This document shows, piece by piece, positions 41,810 through 53,855 of a stretch of 64,000 nt of DNA. Each line of letters begins with the position of its first letter. The stretch's first letter is position 1. The notes beneath the pieces were generated by a model. The model did not search any database. It had not been told where the DNA came from and saw only the letters and a list, made by a program, of their open reading frames with translations. Position numbers and translations under genes: made by a program. Origin of the DNA: Octopus vulgaris (lineage: Eukaryota); assembly GCA_951406725.2 (NCBI GenBank), contig OX597820.1:12958001-13022000 (forward strand). Reading direction: 5' to 3'.

Positions 41810-42480
41810 CATAAAAGATGATAATGACGATGATGATGGTGGTGGTGGTGGTGGTGGTATTCGTGATGATGGTGAGGATGATGATGAGGAGGAGGAGGAT
41901 GACGACAATGACAATAATTATGAATGCGATGACGATGATGGTGATGATGATTAGATGACGATGATGACGATGATGGTGACGATGATGACGACAACGACAA
42001 CGATGACGACGATGTTGATGATGATGAGGAGGAAGAAGAAGACGTCCGCGACGACGAGGAGAACGATGAGGATGACAACTACGGCGATGATGACGATGTT
42101 GGTGAGGAGGAGGAATGGGATAATTGCGATGGGGATGATGAAGATGATGATGAGGAGGAGGAAGAGAAGGAGGATGACTACAACGACAATGATGATGATG
42201 ATTGCGATGACGATCAAAATGATGATGATGATTATGATGACGATATTGACAATGATGGTGACGATGATGATGATGGCAACGAAGACGTTAATGATGATGA
42301 GAAGGACGACGAAGAGGAGGGCGAGGAAAAGGATGACGATGACGACGACGATGATGATGATGATGTTGGTGAGGAGGAGGATCAGGAGGGAGAGGGGATA
42401 ATTGCGATGATGATGATGATGACGGCGACAAAGACGTTGATGTCATGATGTTAATGAGGGTGGTGAAGATAATGATGGTA
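41810..42480. repeat. Degenerate (GAT/GAC/GAG)n low-complexity tract
   Basis: Trinucleotide-biased tract with an internal duplication of GATGTTGGTGAGGAGGAGGA...GGGATAATTGCGATG (about 42094 and 42362). Confidence 0.85.
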
Positions 42481-42809
42481 ACGGTGGTGGTGTGGTGGCT
42501 TCATAGTGGCAATTAGTTGTAAACTAATTTTCCTTTATTAGTATAACGCAATCACATACCCACATCTAGGCAATGTCATATAAATACATTTCGTAGCTCA
42601 AAAAATTTATCATAAGTTCGGTTGATTGTGTTGTTCCATTAAAATAAAGCCAAAATTCGAAGACTACACAGAATTTAGAATCGTAGATTTAATGAGAGAA
42701 ATGACAGAACTGTTAACTAAAATAATCTAATAAAAAGTTAGAACAAGAATCAATGAAGATGAAAATCAAGTACAAAGTAGTTCTACATTCAAGAGATGAG
42801 GAATTATGA

Positions 42810-42963
42810 ACATTATTTACATCATTTACATTTGATGGATATTTGTCCTCATCTTGTTTGTTGTTAACACAACGTTTCGGCTGATATACCCTCCAGCCTT
42901 AATCAGGTGTCTTGGGGAAATTTCGAACCTGGGTTCTCATTCATAACGTGTTTTTCGATGTTG
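42810..42963 (-). mobile_element. HHR-containing tail of SINE family E
   Basis: Matches 49313-49462 and the reverse of 46737-46875. Contains the hammerhead motif at 42866-42911. Confidence 0.85.
42866..42911 (-). ncRNA. Minimal type I hammerhead ribozyme motif (G8U variant)
   Basis: GACAC CUGAUUA A GGCUG-GAGGGUAUAU-CAGCC GAAA CG UU^GUGUU. Stem I GACAC/GUGUU, stem II GGCUG/CAGCC, palindromic ACGU stem III. Confidence 0.7.
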
Positions 42964-43008
42964 TTATTATTATTATTATTATTATTACTATTATTATTAT
43001 TATTATTA

Positions 43009-43082
<74 letters not shown>

Positions 43083-46017
43083 TTCTTTTTTTCATTCTTT
43101 CTTCAAATTTTCTTCTGTTTCTCGCCGAGTGTTTTCCGCACACCTAGGGCAGAGAAGCTCATTGTATGCATTCCCAGATTACACACGCAAATTCACAGGT
43201 AAAAATATGTATTTAAAAAAATTGATAAATAAATAAATTCATGAATGGATGTTGTTTTCACAGCGATAATGCTCTTCTCAGTACATGAGCCGTTCCAGTT
43301 AATACGATTTTTTGCACTTCCTGTAGGGATGGTAAGCCTGGAATCATTTTCAAATAGGTTTCAGTACCTTTTTATATCATTCCTAGAGATCCTACAATCA
43401 CTGGTACTGTAGTCGCCTTGAGATGCCACATTTTTTCAATTTCTATTAGCAGGTCTTTATATTTACTAATCTTGTCAAATTCTTTCGCCGCTATATTGTG
43501 ATCGCAAGGGATACTCATGTCAATTAATAAACACATCTTTTTTGTCTGATCTTTTATAATAATATCTGGTTTATTAGCTTTTATAGTCTTGGCGGTCTGT
43601 ACGGGAAGTCCCATAGAATCGACACATTTTCTCCCTCAGCCAAAGCTTCAGGATGGTGTTTATACCATTTGTCAGCGGTTTTGATTTTATAATACCGACA
43701 TATTGTCCAATGTAAATACTGGCCATTTCTGTCATGTCTTGCTTTATATTCTGCAGGTGCTAAGACTCTACACCCTGAGATTAGGTGGTCTATTGTTTCA
43801 ATCTCATCGTTACAGAATCGGCATTTTGGGTCAGCTCCATTTTGTATCACACTGGCTTGGTAGTTCCGGGTTAATAAGCTTTGGTCTTGAGCAGCTAATA
43901 TGAAACCTTCACTCTCTGCTTTTAGCCCTGAGCTTCGTAACCATTGGTGCGTGTGTTTCTAGTCGACATCAGCTTGTTTGCTACGGGCCACATACTTGCC
44001 ATGGAGAGGTTTCTGTTCCCATCTACTAGTTAAATTTTCATGTGCTTTCGTCTTTGCAATTAATTTTATTTTCTTTGCAGCTGCAGCTGGCGCATTTCCT
44101 TCAGCCTGATTAATCTGGTGGATATCTAAGAGATCAGCAGCGAATCTTTTGCTCTCTTTGAGAATAGAGTAAAGTCTTTTCAGTCTTTCATGTTTTTCAA
44201 CAAGTTTTAGCATTCAATCGTTGGTTGCTTCAAGGTATTTGGCCAGTCCGATTGTGGTGGTTTTGTATGTAAGTTCAAGCTGGATCAAACCTCGACTTCC
44301 CTGAGCTCTGGGAAGGTAAAGTCGATCCACGCCTGCCTTTGGGTGGTGCATCTTATTACAAGTCAGTAGCTTGCGGATCTTTCTGTCAATTTTCATTATT
44401 TCACTGGTATTCCAGTTAAGCAAATTGAAGCTATAAAGAACAACTGGTACTGCTAAGGAATTTATGGCTAACACCTTATTATATGCAATCAGCTCAGACT
44501 TCAGGACTGCTCGAACTCTTCTATAACATTCCTTCCTAACCTTCTATTTCATGCTTGCATGCTGGATACCAGAACCTTCATTTATTCCTAGGTATTTATA
44601 GGTTTGTTCCTGCTCAAGTTCCTTTATTACTATTTCGACATCTAATTCGATTGAACTAGACTTTACCAATTTCCCTTTCTTAAAAGTGACTTTGGCACAC
44701 TTTTCAAGGCCAAACTCAATCCCTATATCATCACTGAATCCTTTCACGATATGTAATAATCCTTCAAGATCTTCATCATTTTTGCCATGTATCTTTAAAT
44801 CATCCATATAAAATAGATGGCTTATTTTTCTGTTGTCAATTTTGTAGTCATATCCTGTTCTATTCAGTTCACTTGAGAGTGGTATTAGTGCTATGCAGAA
44901 AATTAGTGGTGAAAGTGAGTCACCTTGGAAAATTCCACAGTTTATGCTAATGTTGTTTGAGCGCGATACTCCATTAGAATGGTATAATTGGAGCTTTGTG
45001 TTCTATAGTGACATATTATACTTTAAAAAATCTGAAATCACAGGAGAAATTTTGAAAATGTCCAGCGATTTCAGAATTCACGAATGCGGTATGCTGTCAA
45101 AGGCTTTTTTATAATCAATCCATGAAGAGCTGAGATTTCTGCGCTTGTTATGGAAGTTCTCAAGGATCATGCGAATAATTAGGAGCTGATCTTTGCATCC
45201 GTATGAGCCTCGTCTGCATCCTTTTTGTTCAGTGGGAAAGAGGTTATTCTCTTCCATAAACGTATATGTTTTCTCTACTAGAATAGATGTCAAAATCTTA
45301 TAGGTAGTAGATAAACATGTTATAGGCCGGTAGTTTTTTGGTTCTTTCGTTTTGTTATTTTTGGGGAGGAGGTAAGTAATACCATTTGCTATCCAATGGG
45401 GCGTTTTTTTCGGGTCTTTCATAATACTATTAAATAGTATTACTAACACTTTGTGTGCGGACGAGAGTGATGAGAGTTAGAAATTTGGTACTCTATCAAT
45501 ACCAGGGGATTTCCACTTATGAGCCTTCGTTAGTGCCCTCCTTAGGTCGGCGATTGAGATGTCTTCCCATACCTGTTCTTGTAGATTTTTGTAGTCATCT
45601 TGGGTGCGTTTGATTTGAACATATTTTGTTTGTAGAATTTGATTCTTTTCTCAAATCTGCGTATTCTCTGAGCTTTTGCTTGAAATTTTTCGTTTAAGTG
45701 TTTCTTTCGCTGACATTAGTTCTTCTCTTGTTGAATGTCCATATTTTCTCACAATCTTCCTGTCTTTTCTTGATCTTACATCATTTCCAGTGATTAGCTC
45801 AGTTAATATTGATATCTCCCTTCGCAATGATTCAATTTCAGTTTCAATTCTACTCCTCCAGTCTGATTTTCTTTTGGAGTTTGGTATTGTTGGCTTTTTG
45901 GGTGTTAAACAGCGTCTTTCGATTACCTTAGCGACAGAGTAAAAAATTTCATTTAATTTATTTAGATCGGGTTTTAGTTGGTGTATGATTTTTTGTGTAA
46001 CGCAGTTGCCAATATTT
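43083..46017 (-). mobile_element. R4/Dong-like non-LTR retrotransposon, about 2.9 kb, 5'-truncated and disrupted (RT plus RLE)
   Basis: RT motifs KSPGID, NYRPITCL, EQKGC, WIDYKKAFDSIPH, GIFQGDSLSP, HLFYMDD and YKYLG. Endonuclease region CRFCNDEIETIDHLISGC, RHD, KPDIIIKD, LIDMSIP and KISKYKDL. (ATT)n on both sides. Confidence 0.93.
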
Positions 46018-46036
46018 GTGTTTTATATTGGTGTGC

Positions 46037-46104
<68 letters not shown>

Positions 46105-46627
46105 GAGTGAGAGAGCAGTTCATGCCATCAAAGTGACACTGGGGTAAAATATACGAAGCCCAATATACCCGTCATGACTACCCGTCTGATAAAGATACAC
46201 CAGGCACATGCATCACAACCATATGTGCGCGACATGGTGATCTCATATCAAGATAAACAGCACATGACCTTGCAGATGGGGCCCAGTTAGAATTTTCTTC
46301 AGGTTGAGTAGCCCATCCTGCTCAAACGGTCCCTGAATAAGGGTTGCTTTAGGATGTTGAACGAAACACCTATGTTTCCAGAGGTGAACCATTCAAACTC
46401 CAAAGAATCCTCTCAACACATGGCCATGATGCTCCCCCACTACTTCTGCTCGTGATCAGAGATGCACATATCGTCAGCCACTAAGGGACATGCTCAACTG
46501 GTTAAGGTCAAACAACTGACAAGCAAATCTGTGGTATTGAGCAGAATATTTGCTGTAGCCCATCTTTTATACCAAGACAAAACAATGTACATGATAACAC
46601 TTCCAATCAGTTAAGATCAGAAGCCAT
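46105..46627 (-). mobile_element. Family D non-coding element, 5'-truncated
   Basis: Reverse complement of 34022-34544, with (ATT)n on both sides. Confidence 0.85.
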
Positions 46628-46648
46628 TATTATTATTATTATTATTAC

Positions 46649-46699
<51 letters not shown>

Positions 46700-46727
46700 G
46701 GTCACTGCTTGGAATCGAACTCGGAAT
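46700..46727 (-). mobile_element. SINE family E head fragment (B-box region)
   Basis: Reverse complement ATTCCGAGTTCGATTCCAAGCAGTGACC matches 49543-49570. Confidence 0.75.
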
Positions 46728-46736
46728 GATACTAAA

Positions 46737-46875
46737 AACATCGAAAAATACCTTATGAATGAGAACCCAGGTTCGAAATTTCCCCCAAGATACCTGATGA
46801 AGGCTGGAGGGTATATCAGCCGAACAACAAAGCAAGACGAGGACAAATAACCGTCAAATGTAAATAATGTAAATA
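46737..46875 (+). mobile_element. SINE family E tail with a partly deleted hammerhead (46789-46825)
   Basis: GATAC CTGATGA A GGCTG..CAGCC GAA, followed by a deletion of the cleavage-site region. Confidence 0.8.
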
Positions 46876-47069
46876 CCCCAGCATGGCCACAGCTCGTGAG
46901 CTGAAACTAGAATCAATCAATGTATGTACAAAGTAGTTTAAAAACAAGAATAGGGATTTTATACTTGACCTGCGAAACATGTACAACAGCTGTACATAAA
47001 AATCAGTATGCCTATACAAGCCTTAAAGTCTATAGTAGGTATTTCACAGATTTAAGCACGCAAAGATGA

Positions 47070-47270
47070 TGTTTCGTTCAATATCCTTAAACAACCCTTA
47101 TTCAGGGACTTTTTGAGTGGGATGGGTTACTTGACCAGAAGAAAATTCTAACTGGGCCCCACCTGCAAGGTCATGTGCTGCTTATCTTGATATGAGATCA
47201 CCATGTCGCGCACATATGGTTGTGATGCATGAGCCTAGTGTACCCTTATCAGACGGGCAGTCTTGATGTG
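47070..47270 (+). mobile_element. Family D internal fragment
   Basis: ATCCTTAAACAACCCTTATTCAGGGAC...GATCACCATGTCGCG matches 34295-34480. Confidence 0.85.
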
Positions 47271-47423
47271 TATTAGGACCTCTAAATAATTATAAAAGAT
47301 GTACTGGGAGGAGACAGGAGTTATAAGAAATGAAAGGAAGAAAAACGTCATAATTTAATATTAAGAAAATTAAAGCAGCGTTTTACTTCTACTCCGTTAA
47401 GTCTATTCACTGAGATCTTCAGA

Positions 47424-47509
<86 letters not shown>

Positions 47510-47726
47510 GCAGAACTTGAAAAATCTTGGGTGTGCAGATCATACTACTTTATTAACTTCAAGAAAGATGTCCCACAATGAATGGGGAAGATTGTCCTCT
47601 CCGATAGAATTGAATAGGCAGAGAAAAAATCGATGCTAATCAACAAAAAAATGGCAGTCTCACCAAATAAATATTACAATTAAAGAAAGTCAATAGAACT
47701 TACCATAAATATTATATATTTAGTAG

Positions 47727-47774
<48 letters not shown>

Positions 47775-47798
47775 CAGGCATATATATATGTGTGTGTA

Positions 47799-47861
<63 letters not shown>

Positions 47862-47979
47862 ACACATACATACATACATATTTACGTGTTTGCGTGTCTG
47901 CGTGTTCATGAGTAGTGTATGTGTGTGTGTGTGTGTATGTGTGTGTGTGCGTGCGCGTGTGTGTGCGTACGTGGGTGTA

Positions 47980-48050
<71 letters not shown>

Positions 48051-48249
48051 TAAGAAAATAAGAAATGTAAAGCCGAAATAAAAAGGGTTGGAATAGTTAG
48101 AAAACCATTTATGAAAAGAAATTGTTAAACATACTAACATCAAGAAACATTATAGCAAAACCAGAACAAAATATTATTAAAATGCTATGCATGGCTTAAT
48201 CTTCTTTACGAAAGTGAAACACAGACATTAACAAAAGTATTATCAAATA

Positions 48250-48520
48250 GATTACCGGCATTTCAGATGTAGACATACTGAAGACCTTTGGGAATATCAT
48301 AGATAGAAAGAGAATACAAATCCTACGACAAAATACCAAAAGAGGTTAAAGCTTAGAAAATTTTATTAGTGACAATCAAAGAAAGAAAACTAAAATATTC
48401 TGGACAATTAATGAGAAGGAAAGATTTATAGAGAATGCTAATAGAAGGTAAGATAAATGTAAAGGAAAAAAGACCGAAAATAATGTTGCTGGATAATGTC
48501 AAGAATTAGGCTATGAATGA
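48250..48520 (+). pseudogene. RTE-clade LINE C-terminal remnant
   Basis: LLVTIKERKLKYSGQLMRRKDL*RMLIEGKINVK resembles the RTE motif IKxRKLxYFGHxMR...EGKxxGKR. Confidence 0.6.
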
Positions 48521-48604
48521 AGATGCATAAGGGATGAAGCGGAACTGAAATGATTATTCATGGTATTCAACGAGCTAAGAGATGCTGATATATATAACTA
48601 TCTA

Positions 48605-48645
<41 letters not shown>

Positions 48646-48662
48646 GTCTATCTATCTATATA

Positions 48663-48694
<32 letters not shown>

Positions 48695-48695
<1 letters not shown>

Positions 48696-49000
48696 CGCCT
48701 CCGTAATTCTTCTGTAGGCCATGTTATCTTTCCTATTCCCTCTTTCTTCTGTTTATTTTTGGACGCTTTTGTATTCACTCTGATGAAGCTCCATGTTCTA
48801 GTTCGAATATCCTATGAAGATGAAGAATATTATTCTCGCAATTCTTTCGTAGGCACTGACTGGCGTCGGAAGCGGAAACGGCCGTAAGAATTGTTATGTC
48901 ACACAAATGTTATGTCATGTTTTGTATTAAATTGTAAGCTACCTGATGTGGTCCAATTGATTTGTTTGTTGATCTGAAGTTTTCTCTATTTTCCGATTAT
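48695..49000 (+). mobile_element. PLE-type element in (TA)n with a hammerhead-like motif (48775-48892)
   Basis: CTGATGA A GCTCC...GGAAGC G GAAA CGGCCG TA. Palindromic stem III ACGGCCGT, imperfect stems I and II. Confidence 0.55.
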
Positions 49001-49312
49001 TTATATATATATAGGTGTGTGTCTATGTGGATATCTTTATATCAATTATAAAATAAATACTTCCCAAAACACACGCTTTCGGGTTCAGTCCCACAGCGTG
49101 TCATCTTCGGCATGTGTTTTCTACTATAGCCTTGTGCCGACCAAAGCTTTGTGAGTGGATTTGGTAGACGGAAACTGAAAGAAGCGTGTCGTCTATACAT
49201 ATGTTAGCACGTGCATGTCTTTGAGCTTTTAATTTGAGTTTGTAAATTTCTGAAAAAGTAAAGAGCTTGAGGAGACGGAGAGAAGGAGAAGGGTAGGGGA
49301 TATACATGAAGC

Positions 49313-49462
49313 TTATTTACATTATTTACATTTGACGGATATTTGTCCTGATCTTGTATGTTGTTAACACAACGTTTCGGCAGATATACCCTCCAGACTT
49401 CATCAGGTATCTTGGGGAAATTTCGAACCTGGTTTCTCATTCCTAAGTTATTTTTCGATGTT

Positions 49463-49544
<82 letters not shown>

Positions 49545-49614
49545 TCACTGCCTGGAATCGAGCTAGGAATCCTGGGGTTAGTAGCCCACACGCTTAACCA
49601 CTACGCCATATGCC
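49313..49614 (-). mobile_element. SINE family E, full length: tRNA-derived head, (AAT)n(GAT)n spacer, hammerhead-bearing tail
   Basis: Head GGCATA-TGGCGTAGTGG(A box)-TTAAG...TGGGCTACTAACCCCA (anticodon-like arm)...GCTCGATTCC (B box). HHR at 49366-49411. The 3' end has ATGTAAATA repeats. Confidence 0.8.
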
Positions 49615-49627
49615 TATCCGTGAAGCG

Positions 49628-49817
49628 ATCTGAAATTTTGGGAGAGGGGTCCACTTGATTATATTAGCACAAGTGGTCGACTGAAACCTGTTTCATCATC
49701 ACCCAAAAGGTGAATTCAAAGTCGATCTAGGCCGGATTTGAACTCGGAATGTAAAGACGGATGAAAGCCGCAAAGCATATTGTTTGACGTGCTGACGATT
49801 CTGCCGTGTCGTCACCT
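49628..49817 (-). mobile_element. SINE family B, diverged
   Basis: CAAAGTCGA...GGATTTGAACTCGGAATGTAAAGACGG...GTGCTGACGATTCTGCC. Confidence 0.65.
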
Positions 49818-50360
49818 TCGTGTGAAACTGAGAATGAGGATTGATCGTTGCATTGTAGCCACGAGTCAGCTGTGACCTCACAGACGTATTATCAAATGTT
49901 ATTCAATATCCTCTTTCCCTTTTCTCATGCATAACATCCCTAGACACTCTATACATTTTCTTAAAGAAAAACACTTTAACAACCTAGATTTACAGGAAGA
50001 AAAGAAAAAAAAAATTTGAAAGCATAACAGATCAAATGATCGAGAGAGAAAAATACCCATAACTTCCTCACCAAGGAAACAAAGAAAAGAAAAAGAAGCT
50101 CGATGTTCGGGACAGTTATGTAATTTCTTTGCAGAATGTATGTTGACTTGTTCTTTTTCTCTGCCGCTCTTACGAGACAAAGGGATTAACTGTGGGTAGG
50201 CAGGTTGGCACCTTACAACGCCCCAACTGTAACAATCGAATGCAATAATGTATATATAAAAAAGGAATAACGCTTTTCTTTATATTTTATATATGAGGTC
50301 CAAGATGGTGCATTATACCACTTGTATAGTTGTATATATAAGTACTGACATAATATATAT

Positions 50361-50559
50361 ATTAAAATTAAAAGTTAGGTATTTACGAGATACCACCATG
50401 CTGAAAATAGTGGCCATGATCTGACTCTAAAACCACCTTAATTGTCCATATATCATATATTGTTGATATATGGACAATTAAGGTGGTTTTAGAGTCAGAT
50501 CATGGCTGCTATTTTCAGCATGCTGTTATCTCGTAGATACCCTAAATTATAATTTTAAT
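50361..50559. repeat. Near-perfect palindrome of about 200 bp
   Basis: Arms of about 95 bp (e.g. GCCATGATCTGACTCTAAAACCACCTTAATTGTCCATATATCA and its reverse complement) around an 8 nt loop. Confidence 0.92.
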
Positions 50560-50640
50560 AATTATTACCTGTGAAGCTTATTTTTTCCATGCTGGTCACT
50601 TGGTAAAATCGTTATTTTATTTTTAAATTAACGATCTTAT

Positions 50641-50671
<31 letters not shown>

Positions 50672-50832
50672 GCGTCGTATTTATTACGATTGCTATTTTC
50701 CAGTAAATATTGGTGCCTTGTTGTACCATTTATCTACTTTTATATATTTATATCTATATATATATATATATATATATAATTATAATTCTTACATTATATA
50801 TATAGAGAGAGAGACAGACACACTGAGATAGG

Positions 50833-50943
<111 letters not shown>

Positions 50944-51318
50944 CATTTATAGTGCTTACATTATATTTATATATAAAACACTTGCAGCATGGAAGGTGTT
51001 TTAGAAGCCAGTTTAAAAACACGCAAAACCCGTTAGATTCACATGAACATACAAATTTAATTTGCGTGAAAATACTTTCGTCGCTTTGAAACCGCAACCT
51101 GTTCACTGACAGGAGCGGGGACCAGTTGATTAAATTAACACAAGTTAATATAAAGGTCTTTAACTCCATAAATATCTTTAAACTCCATTCTGTCAACACC
51201 CCAAATGTAAATTTCTCCCTGAAGATGAAGATTGGTATTATCCGATGATGGAATCAATTTACAATCATTATTTTAGACCACCAAGCCCCCAGAAACAATA
51301 CTCTCTTTATATATGCCC

Positions 51319-51391
<73 letters not shown>

Positions 51392-51509
51392 CATGTATAT
51401 ATGTATATATATGTATGTATATATATATGTATATATATATATATATATATACATATATGTATATATATGCACAATATACATATATATATATATTTATATA
51501 TGCATATAT

Positions 51510-51549
<40 letters not shown>

Positions 51550-52266
51550 GTACGTAGATATGTATATCATTATATATAAATATACATATGCATGTATACA
51601 TACGTACATACATACATACATACATACATTATAGGTTGTTATTACAAATATTACATGTGTCTTTAAGTAAAATATGAGACTTACATAGAATAAAATAATA
51701 TGGCGATAATAGTATAAAATGTCAATATTGTACAACAGGTCGTATGAATCTAATTTCCATTAATGTGATAAAATGTAACCTGTGATATATCTTGAAGTAT
51801 TAGATGCTGGTCAAAGAAAATTATTTCTTGAAACATTTATTTTTATATAACATTTATTATATTTTGCATTTCTTTCAATATTAAATGTTTATAAATAGTG
51901 TTTTATGAAATTATGTATTTCAAGGCAAATATTTATATATTCATGTAGTTATTCTATGTGTATTGAAAATGGTTCTGTTTGTACACGTTGGTTTACTATG
52001 GTCGCATGAAATATTGTGGACGGGCTTTATGTCGGATCGTTAAAAGCACAAAACGCAAAGTGATATAAGCTGAACGAAATACCAAATCAGGTTTAAATAC
52101 TACCACTGGAAATTATGTTTTTCATTAGCAACGTTCGTCACGTCGCTTGTCTTTTAATACCAAAAGATAACACCTACTTCATTTTTTTTTTCACGTAATT
52201 AAATCCTTCTTTGACAATAAGCTATTTATTTTGTGGTTAATCAAGATTCAAAGGGCTTATATATCA

Positions 52267-52675
52267 CTAGCAGTATCGCCCGGCGTTGCTCGGGTTTGTA
52301 AGGGAAATATCTATATAAGCATTTTTAGAGAGTTATAGCCAAAAAATACCAAAAAAAAATGCATTAAAAATGGAAAAAAAAATTATGGTAATTTTTTTTT
52401 TTAATCGTTGACTCATCGTAGACATTTTTAGAGAGTTACTTCCCTTATATAATAGCGAAACAAATGCATTAAAATGGTAAAAAATTATGGTAATTTTTAT
52501 TTTATCGTAGACACATCGTAGACACATCGTAGACGCGCGCTAATACCCAGAAGGGCTCGATATGAATCACGACTATAAGATACCCGCTTTTGGTTAAACT
52601 GCACCGCAAAATGTGGGAGTAGTTATGAATCTAAATCGTAGGAGACAGACACAACCTCTCTTTTATATATAAAGA
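52267..52675 (-). mobile_element. Non-autonomous Helitron, same subfamily as 20429
   Basis: TC...hairpin-CTAG termini at an A|T junction, with an internal tandem duplication of about 110 bp. Confidence 0.85.
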
Positions 52676-52837
52676 TTTGTCTAAATCTTTTACTTGCTGC
52701 AATCATTAAGCTGTGACCATGCTACAACATCATCTTGATTTTTTTAGTCGAAAGAATCGACCGCTGTACTTATTTTTTTAAAGTTTAATATTTATTCTAT
52801 TGGTCTGTTTCGCCAAACCACTAAGTGAAAGGGACGT

Positions 52838-53090
52838 AAAATGGCAAAAATTCAAAAGATAGTGCTCGTAGGAACTACGTAAAGTACTGTCTATGTAATC
52901 TCGAATTTTAAAACAAACTCATAATTTTCTTGCTTTGATAGACATTCTCTGGAACAATACAATGTGCAAAACCAAATATATGACAGCCTAGGCATAACAC
53001 CAACTTGAACTCCTAACCTGTTGTCTCTTGATGTCTCTGGGTGAGAGTTGGAGTCAACTTGTAGAAATAAAAAGCAAAAAAGTCAAACCT

Positions 53091-53092
<2 letters not shown>
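52838..53092 (+). mobile_element. Dong-like LINE extreme 3' end and 3' UTR, followed by a compound (AAT)n array
   Basis: Aligns to 61766-62031 (AAAATGGCA..ATTCAAAAG ATAGTGCTC...CTAGGCATAACA...AAAGCAAAAAGTCAAAC). Confidence 0.75.
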
Positions 53093-53181
<89 letters not shown>

Positions 53182-53201
53182 TAATAATAATAATAATAAT
53201 G

Positions 53202-53242
<41 letters not shown>

Positions 53243-53250
53243 GTTAATAA

Positions 53251-53337
<87 letters not shown>

Positions 53338-53379
53338 TGAAGACGATGATGATAATAGTAGCAATCCTAAGCGAGTGAG

Positions 53380-53520
53380 GAAGCGGATTGTACTGACCCA
53401 GAGACTTGACTGGTATTTATTTTGTCGGCAACGAATGGATAAATAGCAAAGTCGATTTCGGCGGAATTTTAACTTAGAACGTAAGAAGCGGAAGAGACGA
53501 TACAAAGTATTTCGTCCGCT
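53380..53520 (-). mobile_element. SINE family B, diverged
   Basis: GCAAAGTCGATTTCGGCGGAATTTTAACTTAGAACGTA. Confidence 0.65.
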
Positions 53521-53596
53521 GAGTTACGAGGACGTAAACATGCCAACATCAGTTGTCAAGCGTTGGTGGGGTAACAAACGCAGTGGCACAAACACA

Positions 53597-53644
<48 letters not shown>

Positions 53645-53699
53645 CATACATACATAACTACATACATACAGACATACATACATACATACATACATACAT

Positions 53700-53731
<32 letters not shown>

Positions 53732-53787
53732 GTATTTATATATATATATATACATAAATACATACATACATACATACATACATACAT

Positions 53788-53833
<46 letters not shown>

Positions 53834-53855
53834 TTATATATATATATATATATTT

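Noticed and set aside
41480-42401. S/P/T-rich minus-strand ORF and D/E- or M/T-rich plus-strand frames as a possible host exon
   Set aside because: They lie in a degenerate trinucleotide tract that is naturally poor in stops, and I see no recognisable domain or convincing splice context. RNA-seq could overturn this.
49541-49614. Functional tRNA gene (also the heads at 36603, 15770-16015 and 11604-11960)
   Set aside because: The acceptor stems do not pair and each head runs into a repeat body, so these are SINE heads.
51215-51306. CTGAAGATG...CAGAAAC as a hammerhead
   Set aside because: No stem III or NUH cleavage site and no stem I pairing follow GAAAC.
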